Positions 1 through 9,137 of a stretch of 47,790 nucleotides of DNA are shown one piece after another (positions within the stretch are counted from its first letter, which is position 1; each line of letters begins with the position of its first letter). Source of the DNA: an uncultured Acidobacteriota bacterium. GTDB taxonomy: Bacteria > Acidobacteriota > Vicinamibacteria > Vicinamibacterales > UBA8438. The stretch is from assembly GCA_913043225.1 (NCBI GenBank), contig CAJWLU010000026.1, positions 1 through 47,790 on the forward strand, read 5' to 3'. The translations under genes and the position numbers were made by a program. The notes beneath the pieces were generated by a model that worked only from the letters and a program-made list of their open reading frames with translations, had not been told where the DNA came from and ran no database searches.

Positions 1-270
1 CTTCGCCGTCGGCGTAACTGACCCCAAGGTTGAATTGCGCGTCGGCGTGTCCCTGTTCCGCCGCCAGGCGATACCACCGTACCGCTTCAGTGTCGTCCTC
101 CGAGATGCCTTCGCCAAAGTCGTAACTGACCGCGAGGTTGAATTGCGCGTCGGCGTGTCCCTGCTCCGCCGCCAAGCGATACCACCGTGCCGCTTCGGTG
201 GCGTCCTCAGAGACCCCTTCGCCGAAGTCGTACCTAACTGCAAGGTTAAATTGTGCGTCGGCACTTCCCC
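1..270. repeat. 108-bp tandem coding repeats (36-aa Sel1 units)
   Basis: gtaactgacc..aggttgaattgcgcgtcggcgtgtccctg..gcgataccaccgt recurs at 14 and 122 (offset 108); a third, more diverged copy lies near 230. Confidence 0.9.
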
Positions 271-385
271 GCTCAGCCCGAGTCAGGAGCGTGTCGACTA
301 AGGACCACTGTGCCTGAACGGGCACACCCCACAGGAGGCCTATGAGCAACATCGGTGCGGTAACTGACAGGTGGTAGCGCGTCAT
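1..385 (-). CDS. Secreted Sel1-like repeat (SLR) protein, runs off the window edge
   Basis: Manual translation from ATG 385: MTRYHLSVTAPMLLIGLLWGVPVQAQW (signal peptide), then repeats of ADAQFNLAVxYDFGEGxSEDxTEAxRWYRLAAEQGH. GGAGTGA RBS upstream. Not in the ORF track. Confidence 0.9.
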   Translation of the reverse strand, partial: MTRYHLSVTAPMLLIGLLWGVPVQAQWSLVDTLLTRAERGSADAQFNLAVRYDFGEGVSEDATEAARWYRLAAEQGHADAQFNLAVSYDFGEGISEDDTEAVRWYRLAAEQGHADAQFNLGVSYADGE

Positions 386-515
386 ACAAATCACTCCGTT
401 CACAACGATGTGGTGTGTTGTGATTCTACCAATGGGTGACCGCAGGGCAAAGGTATCCCACTCTGAGCACAGGGAAGCCTTGCCCCAAGTCTCCTCGACC
501 TTATAAGGGCTAAAT

Positions 516-591
516 TGGAGCCGGCGAGCGGACTCGAACCGCTGACCTGCTGATTACGAATCAGCTGCTCTACCAACTGAGCTACGCCGGC
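516..591 (-). tRNA. tRNA-Thr(CGT)
   Basis: Reverse complement GCCGGCGTAGCTCAGTTGGTAGAGCAGCTGATTCGTAATCAGCAGGTCAGCGGTTCGAGTCCGCTCGCCGGCTCCA: 76 nt cloverleaf, anticodon CGT, encoded CCA. Confidence 0.97.
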
Positions 592-842
592 CTAGGTGGG
601 CGCCTAACCCGTCTGCGTCGAAGCGCGGCGACGGTCCAGCCGGGCGATCCTAGCACGGCTCAACCCCTCGCCGGGCCGCCCGCCGACGATGGCAGAGGGC
701 GCGAGTCCGGGGTATGCTCGCGAGCATCTCCGTTGTCGAAGCGTGAGGCCGGATACGCTGACTGCCGCTCGTGTGGTCAGGGAGAAGTGCCCGCTTCTGC
801 GAATCAAGTCACAGGCCGGAAGCAAGAAAGCTGGGTGTGCGG

Positions 843-1838
843 ATGACGCGACAACTTGTAGGACTGATCGGTGGTGTGCTGGTGCTGGCGTCTACGGCGT
901 TGGCGCAGCCGGCGGGCTGGACGCCGCCGAGGACCAGCGATGGGCGCGTGAATCTGCAGGGTGTGTGGGCGAACAACGCGGCGACACCGCTCGAGCGGCC
1001 GGACTCGCTGGTGGGGAAGGCGGTCTTTTCCGACGAAGAGGTGGCTGAGCTGCAGGAGACGGCGCAGCGTTTGTTTGGCGGCGCCGACGATGCCGCGTTC
1101 GCCGACGGCGTCTTCAATGCCGTGCTGGACAATGTCGCGAAGAACGTCTCGCGAGACGGGGGAACTGGGAACTACAGTTCGGTCTGGATGGTCGATCGGG
1201 TGTTCGAGCACCGCACCTCGCTCATTACCGACCCGCCAGACGGAAAGCTCCCCGCCTACACGACTGAGGCGACGGCTCGGATAGAAGGTGAGGCCGCCTA
1301 TCGGCGCGAACACCCGGCCGACGGTCCTGAAGACCGATCGCTGCAGGTGCGCTGCATCACCTATGGCATTCCACGCGTGGGCGGGTTGGGTGCTGGTTAC
1401 AACAGCTACTATCAGATCTTCCAGACGCCGGATCACCTAGTGATCCTTGGCGAGATGATCCATGACGCACGGGTGATCCCGATCGGCGACATGCCGCACG
1501 CGCACGACGCGATCCGGCAGTGGCACGGCGACTCCCGTGGGCGCTGGGAGGGCAACACGCTGGTGGTGGAGACGACGAACTACTCGCCACAGAGCCGCTA
1601 CCGTGGGGCGGCCGAGAACCTGCACATGGTCGAGCGGTTCACACTCACTGGCCCGGATGCCTTGGAGTACGAGATCACGCTGACCGACGAGGCCACATGG
1701 GTACGCCCTTGGACCGCCATGGTCCCGTTGGGGCGGAGCCAGGACGCGTTGTTCGAGTATGCCTGTCACGAGGGCAACATCGGCATGGCCGGCATTCTCG
1801 GTGGCGCGCGGGCGGAGGAGGCGTCTGCTGGACGCTAG
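843..1838 (+). CDS. Secreted conserved hypothetical protein (C-terminal EYACHEGN motif)
   Basis: Signal peptide MTRQLVGLIGGVLVLASTALA; PRTSDGRVNLQGVW, WHGDSRGRWEGNTLVVETTN and EYACHEGN motifs. Confidence 0.8.
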   Translation: MTRQLVGLIGGVLVLASTALAQPAGWTPPRTSDGRVNLQGVWANNAATPLERPDSLVGKAVFSDEEVAELQETAQRLFGGADDAAFADGVFNAVLDNVAKNVSRDGGTGNYSSVWMVDRVFEHRTSLITDPPDGKLPAYTTEATARIEGEAAYRREHPADGPEDRSLQVRCITYGIPRVGGLGAGYNSYYQIFQTPDHLVILGEMIHDARVIPIGDMPHAHDAIRQWHGDSRGRWEGNTLVVETTNYSPQSRYRGAAENLHMVERFTLTGPDALEYEITLTDEATWVRPWTAMVPLGRSQDALFEYACHEGNIGMAGILGGARAEEASAGR

Positions 1839-1954
1839 GGTCGTCGCGACGGATGACGCCGGGCGGCGTCGCCGGGTGCGTTGGACCTTTGCGGTGACCT
1901 CACGTTAGGATGGGGGTTTCTGGTGCCATCGGTATTCGGCACTGAGTCACACCC

Positions 1955-4888
1955 ATGTCAGAGTCGCCTGCCAGCCGGACTGGGCACATCGTCATTAAAG
2001 GGGCCCGAACCCACAATCTGAAGGACGTCGATCTGACGCTCTCGACCGGTCAGCTGATCGTGGTCACCGGTGTCAGCGGTTCGGGCAAGTCGTCGCTCGC
2101 CTTTGACACGATCTACGCCGAGGGGCAGCGGCGCTATGTCGAGTCGTTGTCGGCCTACGCACGGCAGTTCCTCGAGCGGATGGAGAAGCCGGACGTCGAC
2201 GAGATTTCTGGCATCTGCCCGGCCATCGCCATTCGACAGAAGAACAGCGTCCGGAATCCGCGCTCGACGGTTGGCACGACGACCGAGATTCACGACTACC
2301 TGCGGCTACTGTTCTCGCGGGTGGGCCGCACTATCTGCCGGCAATGTGGGGAGCAGGTCGAGCGCGAGTCAGCCGAGACGGCGGCGACCCAACTGCTGGC
2401 GCTCTCCGAGGGGACGCGGCTGCTTCTCGGGTTTAACTTCCCGATGGTGGCGCAGGAGCAGCCGGCGTCGAAACGGCGCGGGCGGAAGAAGGCTTCGGTC
2501 CAGACGGCTGCCGAGGACGAGCCCGCGGAGCAGAGTGTTGTCGAAACGGATGAGGGCACGCCGGTCGAGGCGGCAATCCGTACTCTAGGCAAGCGCGGCT
2601 TTCGTCGGCTGTTCCTTGACGACCTAGCGGTCACCTTCGACGATCTCGACGAGGCGGCGTTGGCCAGGTTGGCCGGGGTCGACAGGCTGCAGGTCGTGGT
2701 CGACCGGATCAAAGTGGGGCCCGATCTGGTCGGCCGTGTGACCGACTCGATCGAGACTTGCTACCAGGAGGGTGGTGGTTCGGCGTTCGCGGTCGAGTTG
2801 GCCGAGCACGGGCCTGCCGTCCATCGGTTCAGTGAGCGGTTCGAGTGCCGAAAGTGCGACATCGCCTACGAGCCGCCCCAGCCTCGGCTCTTCTCCTTCA
2901 ATAGCCCGTTCGGCGCCTGTCCCACCTGCCACGGCTTTGGCAACGTCATCGAGCTCGATCTGTCGCTGGTGGTACCCGATCCGACCAAGTCGGTCCAGCA
3001 GAACGCCATCGAGCCGTGGACCAAGCCGCACTACCGCTCGCATCTTGCCGACCTGAAGCGGGCGGCCAAGGCTGGAGACGTGCGGGTAAACGTACCCTGG
3101 CAGGATCTGTCCGATGAAGAGCGGCAGTTCGTCGTGGATGGCGACGGCGCCGATTTTGCGGGCATCAAAGGGTTCTTCGCCGGGCTCGAGCGGAAGAAAT
3201 ACAAGGTGCATATCCGGGTCTTTCTGAGCAGGTATCGCGGCTATATGACCTGTTCGGACTGTGATGGGACCCGGCTCCGGCAAGAGGCGCGGGACGTGCA
3301 GGTGGGGGAGCAGACCATCGACGTGGTCTGTGGGTTCACCGTGGGCGAGGCGGCCGAGTTTTTTGACGGCCTGCGCCTCACCGAGGCGGAACAGACGGTG
3401 GCCGATCGAGTGGTACTCGAGATCACCAGGCGACTCTCGTTTCTTCGAGACGTTGGCCTGGACTATCTGACGCTCGATCGGTTGTCGTCGACCTTGTCGG
3501 GCGGGGAAGCGCAGCGGATCAATCTGGCCACGGCGCTCGGGTCGGCGCTGGTCGGCACGTTGTATGTTCTGGACGAGCCGTCGATCGGCCTGCATCCGCG
3601 CGATAACGAGCGGCTCATCGCCATCCTCAAACAGTTGCGCGATCAGGGAAACACTGTGCTGGTGGTCGAGCACGATGCCGACACCATCAAGATGGGTGAC
3701 GTGGTGGTCGACCTAGGCCTGGGAGCCGGGGTTCGCGGCGGCCGCATCATTCACTCGGGGCCGGTCGACTCGTTGCTCGAAGAGCCGCAGTCGCTGACTG
3801 CGAAGTACCTCCGCGGCGACCTGAAGATTCCGCTGCCTTCCACCCGGCGCAAGCATGCGCCACTGTCGCTCCAGGTCTTAGGCGCTCGTGCAAACAACCT
3901 CAAGGGTATCGACGTCGCGATTCCCCTGAACACGCTGACCGTCATCACCGGGGTTAGTGGGTCGGGCAAGTCGACCCTCGTCCACGACGTCATTTATGCG
4001 GCGGTCAAACGGGCCAAGGGCGAGTGGGACAAGCCGGTCGGCGCACACGATCAACTCAATGGGGCCGAGCTCGTCACCGACGTCAAGTTGGTGGACCAGG
4101 CGCCCATCGGACGCACGCCGCGGTCGAACCCGGTCACCTATCTGAAAGCGTTTGACCCGATCCGCGAGCTGTTCTCGAAGACAAAAGATGCCCGGGCCAA
4201 CGGCCTGACCGCGAGCCACTTCTCGTTCAACGTGCCGGGCGGGCGCTGCGACGCCTGCGAGGGTGAAGGCGTCGTCAAGGTCGAGATGCAGTTCCTAGCC
4301 GACGTGTTCGTACCGTGCGACCAGTGCGCCGGTCGGCGGTTCAAACCGCAGGTGCTCGATGTGCGCTGTCGCGGCGCTAGCATTGATGAAGTGCTCGATA
4401 TGACCGTGCGCGAGGCGCTCCAATTCTTCAGCACGTCACCAAAGGTGGTGCGTCGTCTCGCGGTGCTCGACGAGATCGGACTGAGCTATCTGCGCCTGGG
4501 GCAACCCGCCACGACCTTGTCGGGTGGGGAGGCGCAGCGCATCAAGATTGCCTCACATCTGTCGTCGCGCAAGACCGACCGCACGCTCTACATCCTCGAT
4601 GAGCCGACCACAGGTTTGCATTTCGACGATATCGCCAAGCTGCTGACGGCCTTCAAGAAGTTGCTCCAGGGCGGCAACAGCCTGCTCGTCATTGAGCACA
4701 ACCTCGACGTGATCAAGACCGCCGACTGGGTCATTGATCTCGGGCCGGAGGGTGGCGCAAGTGGCGGGGAGATCGTCATCGAGGGCACGCCGGAGCAGGT
4801 GGCCGTGGACGAGACCTCGCACACCGGACGTTACCTCCGCCCGTTGCTTTCTGGCGGCCCGTCGGGCTACGCCGACGGCCGGGATTGA
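1955..4888 (+). CDS. uvrA: Excinuclease ABC subunit A
   Basis: Two GVSGSGKS Walker A motifs, LSGGEAQRI signatures, CxxC zinc fingers, YAEGQRRYVESLS. Confidence 0.97.
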   Translation: MSESPASRTGHIVIKGARTHNLKDVDLTLSTGQLIVVTGVSGSGKSSLAFDTIYAEGQRRYVESLSAYARQFLERMEKPDVDEISGICPAIAIRQKNSVRNPRSTVGTTTEIHDYLRLLFSRVGRTICRQCGEQVERESAETAATQLLALSEGTRLLLGFNFPMVAQEQPASKRRGRKKASVQTAAEDEPAEQSVVETDEGTPVEAAIRTLGKRGFRRLFLDDLAVTFDDLDEAALARLAGVDRLQVVVDRIKVGPDLVGRVTDSIETCYQEGGGSAFAVELAEHGPAVHRFSERFECRKCDIAYEPPQPRLFSFNSPFGACPTCHGFGNVIELDLSLVVPDPTKSVQQNAIEPWTKPHYRSHLADLKRAAKAGDVRVNVPWQDLSDEERQFVVDGDGADFAGIKGFFAGLERKKYKVHIRVFLSRYRGYMTCSDCDGTRLRQEARDVQVGEQTIDVVCGFTVGEAAEFFDGLRLTEAEQTVADRVVLEITRRLSFLRDVGLDYLTLDRLSSTLSGGEAQRINLATALGSALVGTLYVLDEPSIGLHPRDNERLIAILKQLRDQGNTVLVVEHDADTIKMGDVVVDLGLGAGVRGGRIIHSGPVDSLLEEPQSLTAKYLRGDLKIPLPSTRRKHAPLSLQVLGARANNLKGIDVAIPLNTLTVITGVSGSGKSTLVHDVIYAAVKRAKGEWDKPVGAHDQLNGAELVTDVKLVDQAPIGRTPRSNPVTYLKAFDPIRELFSKTKDARANGLTASHFSFNVPGGRCDACEGEGVVKVEMQFLADVFVPCDQCAGRRFKPQVLDVRCRGASIDEVLDMTVREALQFFSTSPKVVRRLAVLDEIGLSYLRLGQPATTLSGGEAQRIKIASHLSSRKTDRTLYILDEPTTGLHFDDIAKLLTAFKKLLQGGNSLLVIEHNLDVIKTADWVIDLGPEGGASGGEIVIEGTPEQVAVDETSHTGRYLRPLLSGGPSGYADGRD

Positions 4889-4963
4889 CCGGCCGCTATG
4901 GTACGATTTCGGCGTCGTGTAGATGGCCGCGGCTAGATCTGACCACACTGATAGACAGGATCC

Positions 4964-5527
4964 ATGGACTCGACTCAAGCGACACGTTTGCGCAAAGGTA
5001 ATCTCATCAAGATGAACGGCGAGCTAATGCGTGTGCTCGACGTTACGCACCTCACGCCGGGCAAGGGAAAGGCGTTCGTCCAGGCCAAGATGCGGAACCT
5101 TAAGGCGGGCTCGCTCCACGACCACAAGTTTCGTTCAGCCGACAGTGTCGAGCGCGCGACCCTTGACGATCGCGAGATGCAGTTCACCTATCGCGACGGC
5201 CAGACATTCCACTTCATGGATCTCGAGACCTACGACCAGGTGGAGATGACGGCCGAGTCGCTCGGCGACTCAGCCCACTATCTATTGCCCGAGGCCACCA
5301 TCAAGGTATCGCTGTATGAGGGTGAGCCCGTAGGCCTCGATCTGCCGATGACGGTCGACCTGGCCGTGTCCGAGACGGCGCCCGCCATCAAGGGGGCCAC
5401 GGCCAATGCCCAGCTGAAGCCGGCGACACTCGAGACCGGCCTGGTGGTGCAGGTGCCGCCCTTCATCACCAACGGCGACAAGATTAGGGTTAACACCGAG
5501 ACGGGCGAGTATCAGTCGCGCGTTTGA
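4964..5527 (+). CDS. efp: Elongation factor P
   Basis: TPGKG loop, KPATLETG, VPPFI..GDKIRVNT; 187 aa. Confidence 0.96.
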   Translation: MDSTQATRLRKGNLIKMNGELMRVLDVTHLTPGKGKAFVQAKMRNLKAGSLHDHKFRSADSVERATLDDREMQFTYRDGQTFHFMDLETYDQVEMTAESLGDSAHYLLPEATIKVSLYEGEPVGLDLPMTVDLAVSETAPAIKGATANAQLKPATLETGLVVQVPPFITNGDKIRVNTETGEYQSRV

Positions 5528-6123
5528 GCCCGGAGAAGGTGACGTTCGGCGACCTAGTTCCGCTCGCGTTTCAACGTGTCCTGCCCTATGCCCTCTGGGT
5601 GCTGGGGGCAGGCTTTCTCGTCGTCAATCTCGTTCTCTTCGGCCGAGTCCTCCGCTACTGGCGTTTGCGGGACAGCATGGTGCTCTCCTGGACCACCCCG
5701 AAGTCGCGCTCGTATGCGATCTCACTCGGGTTCGGGCTGATCTTTGGCGTGCTGGTGTTCGTCAAGATCGTGGTCAGCGGTCGACCGCCCGTCGATGCCT
5801 TCGGCGAGGCGATGATGTTCATCTACTACGCCTACGCATTCCCCTTCAGCCTCAAGATCCGACGCGGCTTCTATCGCGACGGCATCTGGTCGAACACCGG
5901 ATTCCTGCCCTACGCGGCCATCGGCGGCCTGTCCTGGAAAGAGGAGCCCACCCTGGCTTTGGTGCTGATTCATCGCACCCGCCGCGCCGTGCGACAGCTC
6001 GACGTTCCCCGGGAGTACTACGGTGAGGTGCGCCGGCTCCTCCGGGACAAGATCGCGGCTCACGACATCGACTTCAAAGGGAAGGCGTTCGATCTGGGTG
6101 CCGATGAACGCGAAGTGGTCTAG
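5524..6123 (+). CDS. Membrane protein of unknown function
   Basis: Three hydrophobic segments followed by a soluble C-terminal part; TTG start overlaps the efp stop. Confidence 0.75.
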   Translation: MSPEKVTFGDLVPLAFQRVLPYALWVLGAGFLVVNLVLFGRVLRYWRLRDSMVLSWTTPKSRSYAISLGFGLIFGVLVFVKIVVSGRPPVDAFGEAMMFIYYAYAFPFSLKIRRGFYRDGIWSNTGFLPYAAIGGLSWKEEPTLALVLIHRTRRAVRQLDVPREYYGEVRRLLRDKIAAHDIDFKGKAFDLGADEREVV

Positions 6124-6269
6124 CTGGGTTCTGAGTCGAGAGCTTTCTCGGAGTCGTCGACGAGGCTTCGATCGAAACCGCTGTGCCCGGAGTAACCGCC
6201 ATGAGCGGCAGCCAAGTAGGCTGTGGCCGTCGCGGTAACGCCGTCAGGTGGCTGGGTCGGGAAACCTAG
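6123..6269. repeat. Intergenic MITE/REP-like element, copy A
   Basis: Aligns with 35432-35550; identical 14-bp end GTCGGGAAACCTAG at 6256-6269. Confidence 0.65.
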
Positions 6270-7063
6270 AACCAGTTGGCGATGATGCCTATGAGACCGG
6301 GGCCGCTGGCGACCGGGTCGTTGATCCAGTCCGGCGGGACAAGCCATACCCAGGAGAGGATGGTGATGACCATCAGGTCGTATTGCCAGGTGGCGCGGTC
6401 GAAGGTCCAGTAGAAGGCGTGCCAGACGGCGCGTCCCGGCAGGGTGAAGATCGATTTGCCCATCCAGGCCGGGGAGGCCTCTTCTTTCTTCAGAGCTCGC
6501 CAGGTGTAGTAGATCCGGTCGAAGACGGCGACCACCGAGAGGACTAGGATCACCCACAGTACCCCAGCCATCCGGTTGGTGAAGGCGCCGATCATAACCA
6601 GCACGATCCGCTCGGGCCTCTCCATGAAGCCGACCTTGCACTTCTCGATGATCGACTCGGCTCGGGCACGAATGTAGCTCGTCATGACTGAGAAGATCAT
6701 GGTCAGAGCCGCCAGTATCACGTAGTCGGTGCGGCCCAGCTCCGCGTAGAGGTAGAGCACTCCGACGTAGAGTGCCAGGTCCGAGAACCGGTCCATCACA
6801 GAGTCCCAGAACCCGCCGAACTCCGATTTGGTATTGGTGGCCTCGGCCACCTTGCCGTCTATGAAGTCAAAGATGTTCCCGCCCGTCATGATGAGTCCGG
6901 CGGCGATAAAGTCGCCCTGCGCGAACTGCCAGGCGGCGGCAAAGTTGATGAGGACGCCGATTAGGGTCAGGACGTTCGGGTGAATGCCGAGCGCAACGCT
7001 GGCCCCGATGATGAGGCGCAGCGGAAACATACAGGCGGCGCCGATGGCGCCCGTGAAGGTCAT
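6266..7063 (-). CDS. CDP-alcohol phosphatidyltransferase (PgsA/PI synthase-like)
   Basis: HPNVLT and D-x2-DG-x2-A..G-x3-D-x3-D motif (DFIDGKVA..GGFWDSVMD); YIRARAE. Start placed at MTFTG. Confidence 0.9.
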   Translation of the reverse strand: MTFTGAIGAACMFPLRLIIGASVALGIHPNVLTLIGVLINFAAAWQFAQGDFIAAGLIMTGGNIFDFIDGKVAEATNTKSEFGGFWDSVMDRFSDLALYVGVLYLYAELGRTDYVILAALTMIFSVMTSYIRARAESIIEKCKVGFMERPERIVLVMIGAFTNRMAGVLWVILVLSVVAVFDRIYYTWRALKKEEASPAWMGKSIFTLPGRAVWHAFYWTFDRATWQYDLMVITILSWVWLVPPDWINDPVASGPGLIGIIANWF

Positions 7064-7172
7064 GTTGGGCTGGATAGGATCGATAGAGGGAGCCGTTCTC
7101 GGCCGCCCGATATAATTGCCAACAGGTGCCCTGAGCGGCCCCGCCCGACGGGAACGATCTTCACACTCTAGC

Positions 7173-9110
7173 ATGGCGATCCGTGATCTCAAGGCGCAGA
7201 TTGCGCGGCTACCTGAGCAGCCGGGCGTCTACCTCTACGCCGATGGAACCGGGGAGACGATCTATATCGGCCGGGCCCGGTCGCTGCGGGATCGGGTGCG
7301 GAGCTATCTCAGCGCCTACGGCTCGAGCCCCAAGACCAACGCCCTACTCGACGAGGTGACGGCGCTCGAGGTCATCGTGACCGACTCGCTGGTCGAGGCG
7401 CTGGCGCTCGAGAGCCATCTCATCAAGCAGCGGACACCTCGGTTCAACATCTTGCTGCGTGACGACAAGAACTACCCCTACCTGCAGCTCTCCACTTCTG
7501 AAGCGTTTCCTCGTGTCGAGGTAGCCCGCCTGGTTGATCCCCGCGATGGCAACTACTACGCCGGCCCGTTTCTGCCGGCCACGCTGGCCCGTAAGACGAT
7601 GTCGCTGACCCACAAGCTCTTCGGCATCCGTTCGTGCAACGAGGTAATAACCGGCAAGCGCGACCGCGCCTGCCTGGAGTACGACATCAATCGGTGTGTA
7701 GCGCCCTGTGTCGAGGAGATCTGCACCCAGGCTCAGTATGCCGAGACCGTGGATCATGCTCGCATGTTCCTCGAGGGCCGAAACGACGAGCTGATCCAAC
7801 AGCTGCATGCGCAGATGCGGGACGCGTCAGAGGACCTCCGCTATGAGGAGGCGGCGCACACTCGGGATGCCATTCGCACCATCGAAACGTTGCGCGACCG
7901 GCAGCAGAAGATGTCGTCGGCCCGTTTGGGCGATCGCGATGCGTTCGGTTTCAGGGTTGGGCCGGCGGGAGCCGTGGTGCAGGTGTTCCAGATGCGTGGT
8001 GGTCGTGTCATTGAACGTGTCGAGCTGGTCACCGAGCCGCCTGCGGGGGAGGGGTCGCCAGAGCGCGAGATTGTGCAGGCGGCGCTTCAGCAGTTCTACG
8101 AGGTACGGACCGCGCCGCCCGAGGTACATGTACCGGTCGAGCTCGAAGACCACGAGGCGATCGAGAGCTGGCTCAGTGAGCGTAGTGGCCGGAAGGTGCG
8201 CCTTGCTGTGCCCAAGCGGGGTGACAAACGAGGTCTGCTCGACCTCGCCGCTCGGAACGCCCTTATCGCCTACCGTTCCAGGTTTAGCGACGAGGGCCGT
8301 GCCAGGACGGAGGCGCTCGACCAGCTGCGCGAGGCGCTGGGGTTGCCCGGCGTGCCGCGGCGGATCGAGTGTTTCGACATCTCTACGATTCAGGGTGCCG
8401 AGACGGTCGGCTCGATGGTTGTGTGCGAGGACGGCCAGATGACCCGCAAGGAGTACCGAAAGTATCGGGTCAAAGGTGTGAAGTGGGACAAAGACCGCAC
8501 AGAATTGCTCGGTGGAGCACCCGAGCCGTCGCCTGTGCGTTCTCGCCGCCCGCGGCGGAACCAGAGGGAGGCGCCGCCAGACCGGTTGCTCGACGATTTC
8601 GCCGCAATGCGGGAGGTGGTTGGCCGGCGGTATCGCAGGCTGCTCGACGATGGAGGACCGTTGCCGGATCTGGTAGTCATCGATGGGGGCAAGGGGCAAC
8701 TTTCGGCGGCCTACGAGGCGTTCGCTACTCTCGGGCTGTCGAACCTGGTGGCCGTCGGGCTGGCCAAGCAGGAGGAACTGGTGGTGACCCGCGATGCCTC
8801 GGAACCGCTGATTCTTCCCACCGACAGTACCGGGTTGTTGTTGCTCCAGCGGATCCGGGACGAAGCGCATCGCTTCGCGGTGACGTTTCATCGGAAATCC
8901 AGAGCTCGTCGCGACTTCAGGTCGGAGCTCGATGGCATCCCTGGTGTCGGTCCTCGTCGGCGTCGTGCACTGCTTACGCGGTTCGGCAGTCTGGCCAAAA
9001 TCCGGCGCGCCACCCGAGAGGAACTCGTCCCGGTGCTTGGGCCTAAACTGGCTGACGCCGTGCTGGACCACTTCGCCAGCGAGATCCCTAAGCCGGCCGG
9101 CCGCTTCTGA
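7173..9110 (+). CDS. uvrC: Excinuclease ABC subunit C
   Basis: GIY-YIG (PGVYLY..IYIGRA), DDKNYPYL, IECFDIS, IDGGKGQ, RDEAHRFA, C-terminal HhH. TATAAT at 7111-7116 upstream. Confidence 0.96.
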   Translation: MAIRDLKAQIARLPEQPGVYLYADGTGETIYIGRARSLRDRVRSYLSAYGSSPKTNALLDEVTALEVIVTDSLVEALALESHLIKQRTPRFNILLRDDKNYPYLQLSTSEAFPRVEVARLVDPRDGNYYAGPFLPATLARKTMSLTHKLFGIRSCNEVITGKRDRACLEYDINRCVAPCVEEICTQAQYAETVDHARMFLEGRNDELIQQLHAQMRDASEDLRYEEAAHTRDAIRTIETLRDRQQKMSSARLGDRDAFGFRVGPAGAVVQVFQMRGGRVIERVELVTEPPAGEGSPEREIVQAALQQFYEVRTAPPEVHVPVELEDHEAIESWLSERSGRKVRLAVPKRGDKRGLLDLAARNALIAYRSRFSDEGRARTEALDQLREALGLPGVPRRIECFDISTIQGAETVGSMVVCEDGQMTRKEYRKYRVKGVKWDKDRTELLGGAPEPSPVRSRRPRRNQREAPPDRLLDDFAAMREVVGRRYRRLLDDGGPLPDLVVIDGGKGQLSAAYEAFATLGLSNLVAVGLAKQEELVVTRDASEPLILPTDSTGLLLLQRIRDEAHRFAVTFHRKSRARRDFRSELDGIPGVGPRRRRALLTRFGSLAKIRRATREELVPVLGPKLADAVLDHFASEIPKPAGRF

Positions 9111-9137
9111 CCTCCTCCTGCGATATCCTTAAACGCT

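Noticed and set aside
35..301. Plus-strand 88-aa repetitive ORF; possible CRISPR-like repeats
   Set aside because: It is the shadow of the minus-strand Sel1 gene. The repeats are contiguous 108-bp coding units without spacers.
7064..7172. Possible LexA box upstream of uvrC (GAACGATCTTC)
   Set aside because: Does not fit GAAC-N4-GTTC, GTTC-N7-GTTC or CTGT-N8-ACAG; none seen before uvrA either.
7827..9071. Long antisense ORFs (also 2624-3673, 9827-10792, 20876-21928, 22232-23383)
   Set aside because: They lie opposite well-supported genes and have no motifs; such ORFs are expected in high-GC coding DNA.
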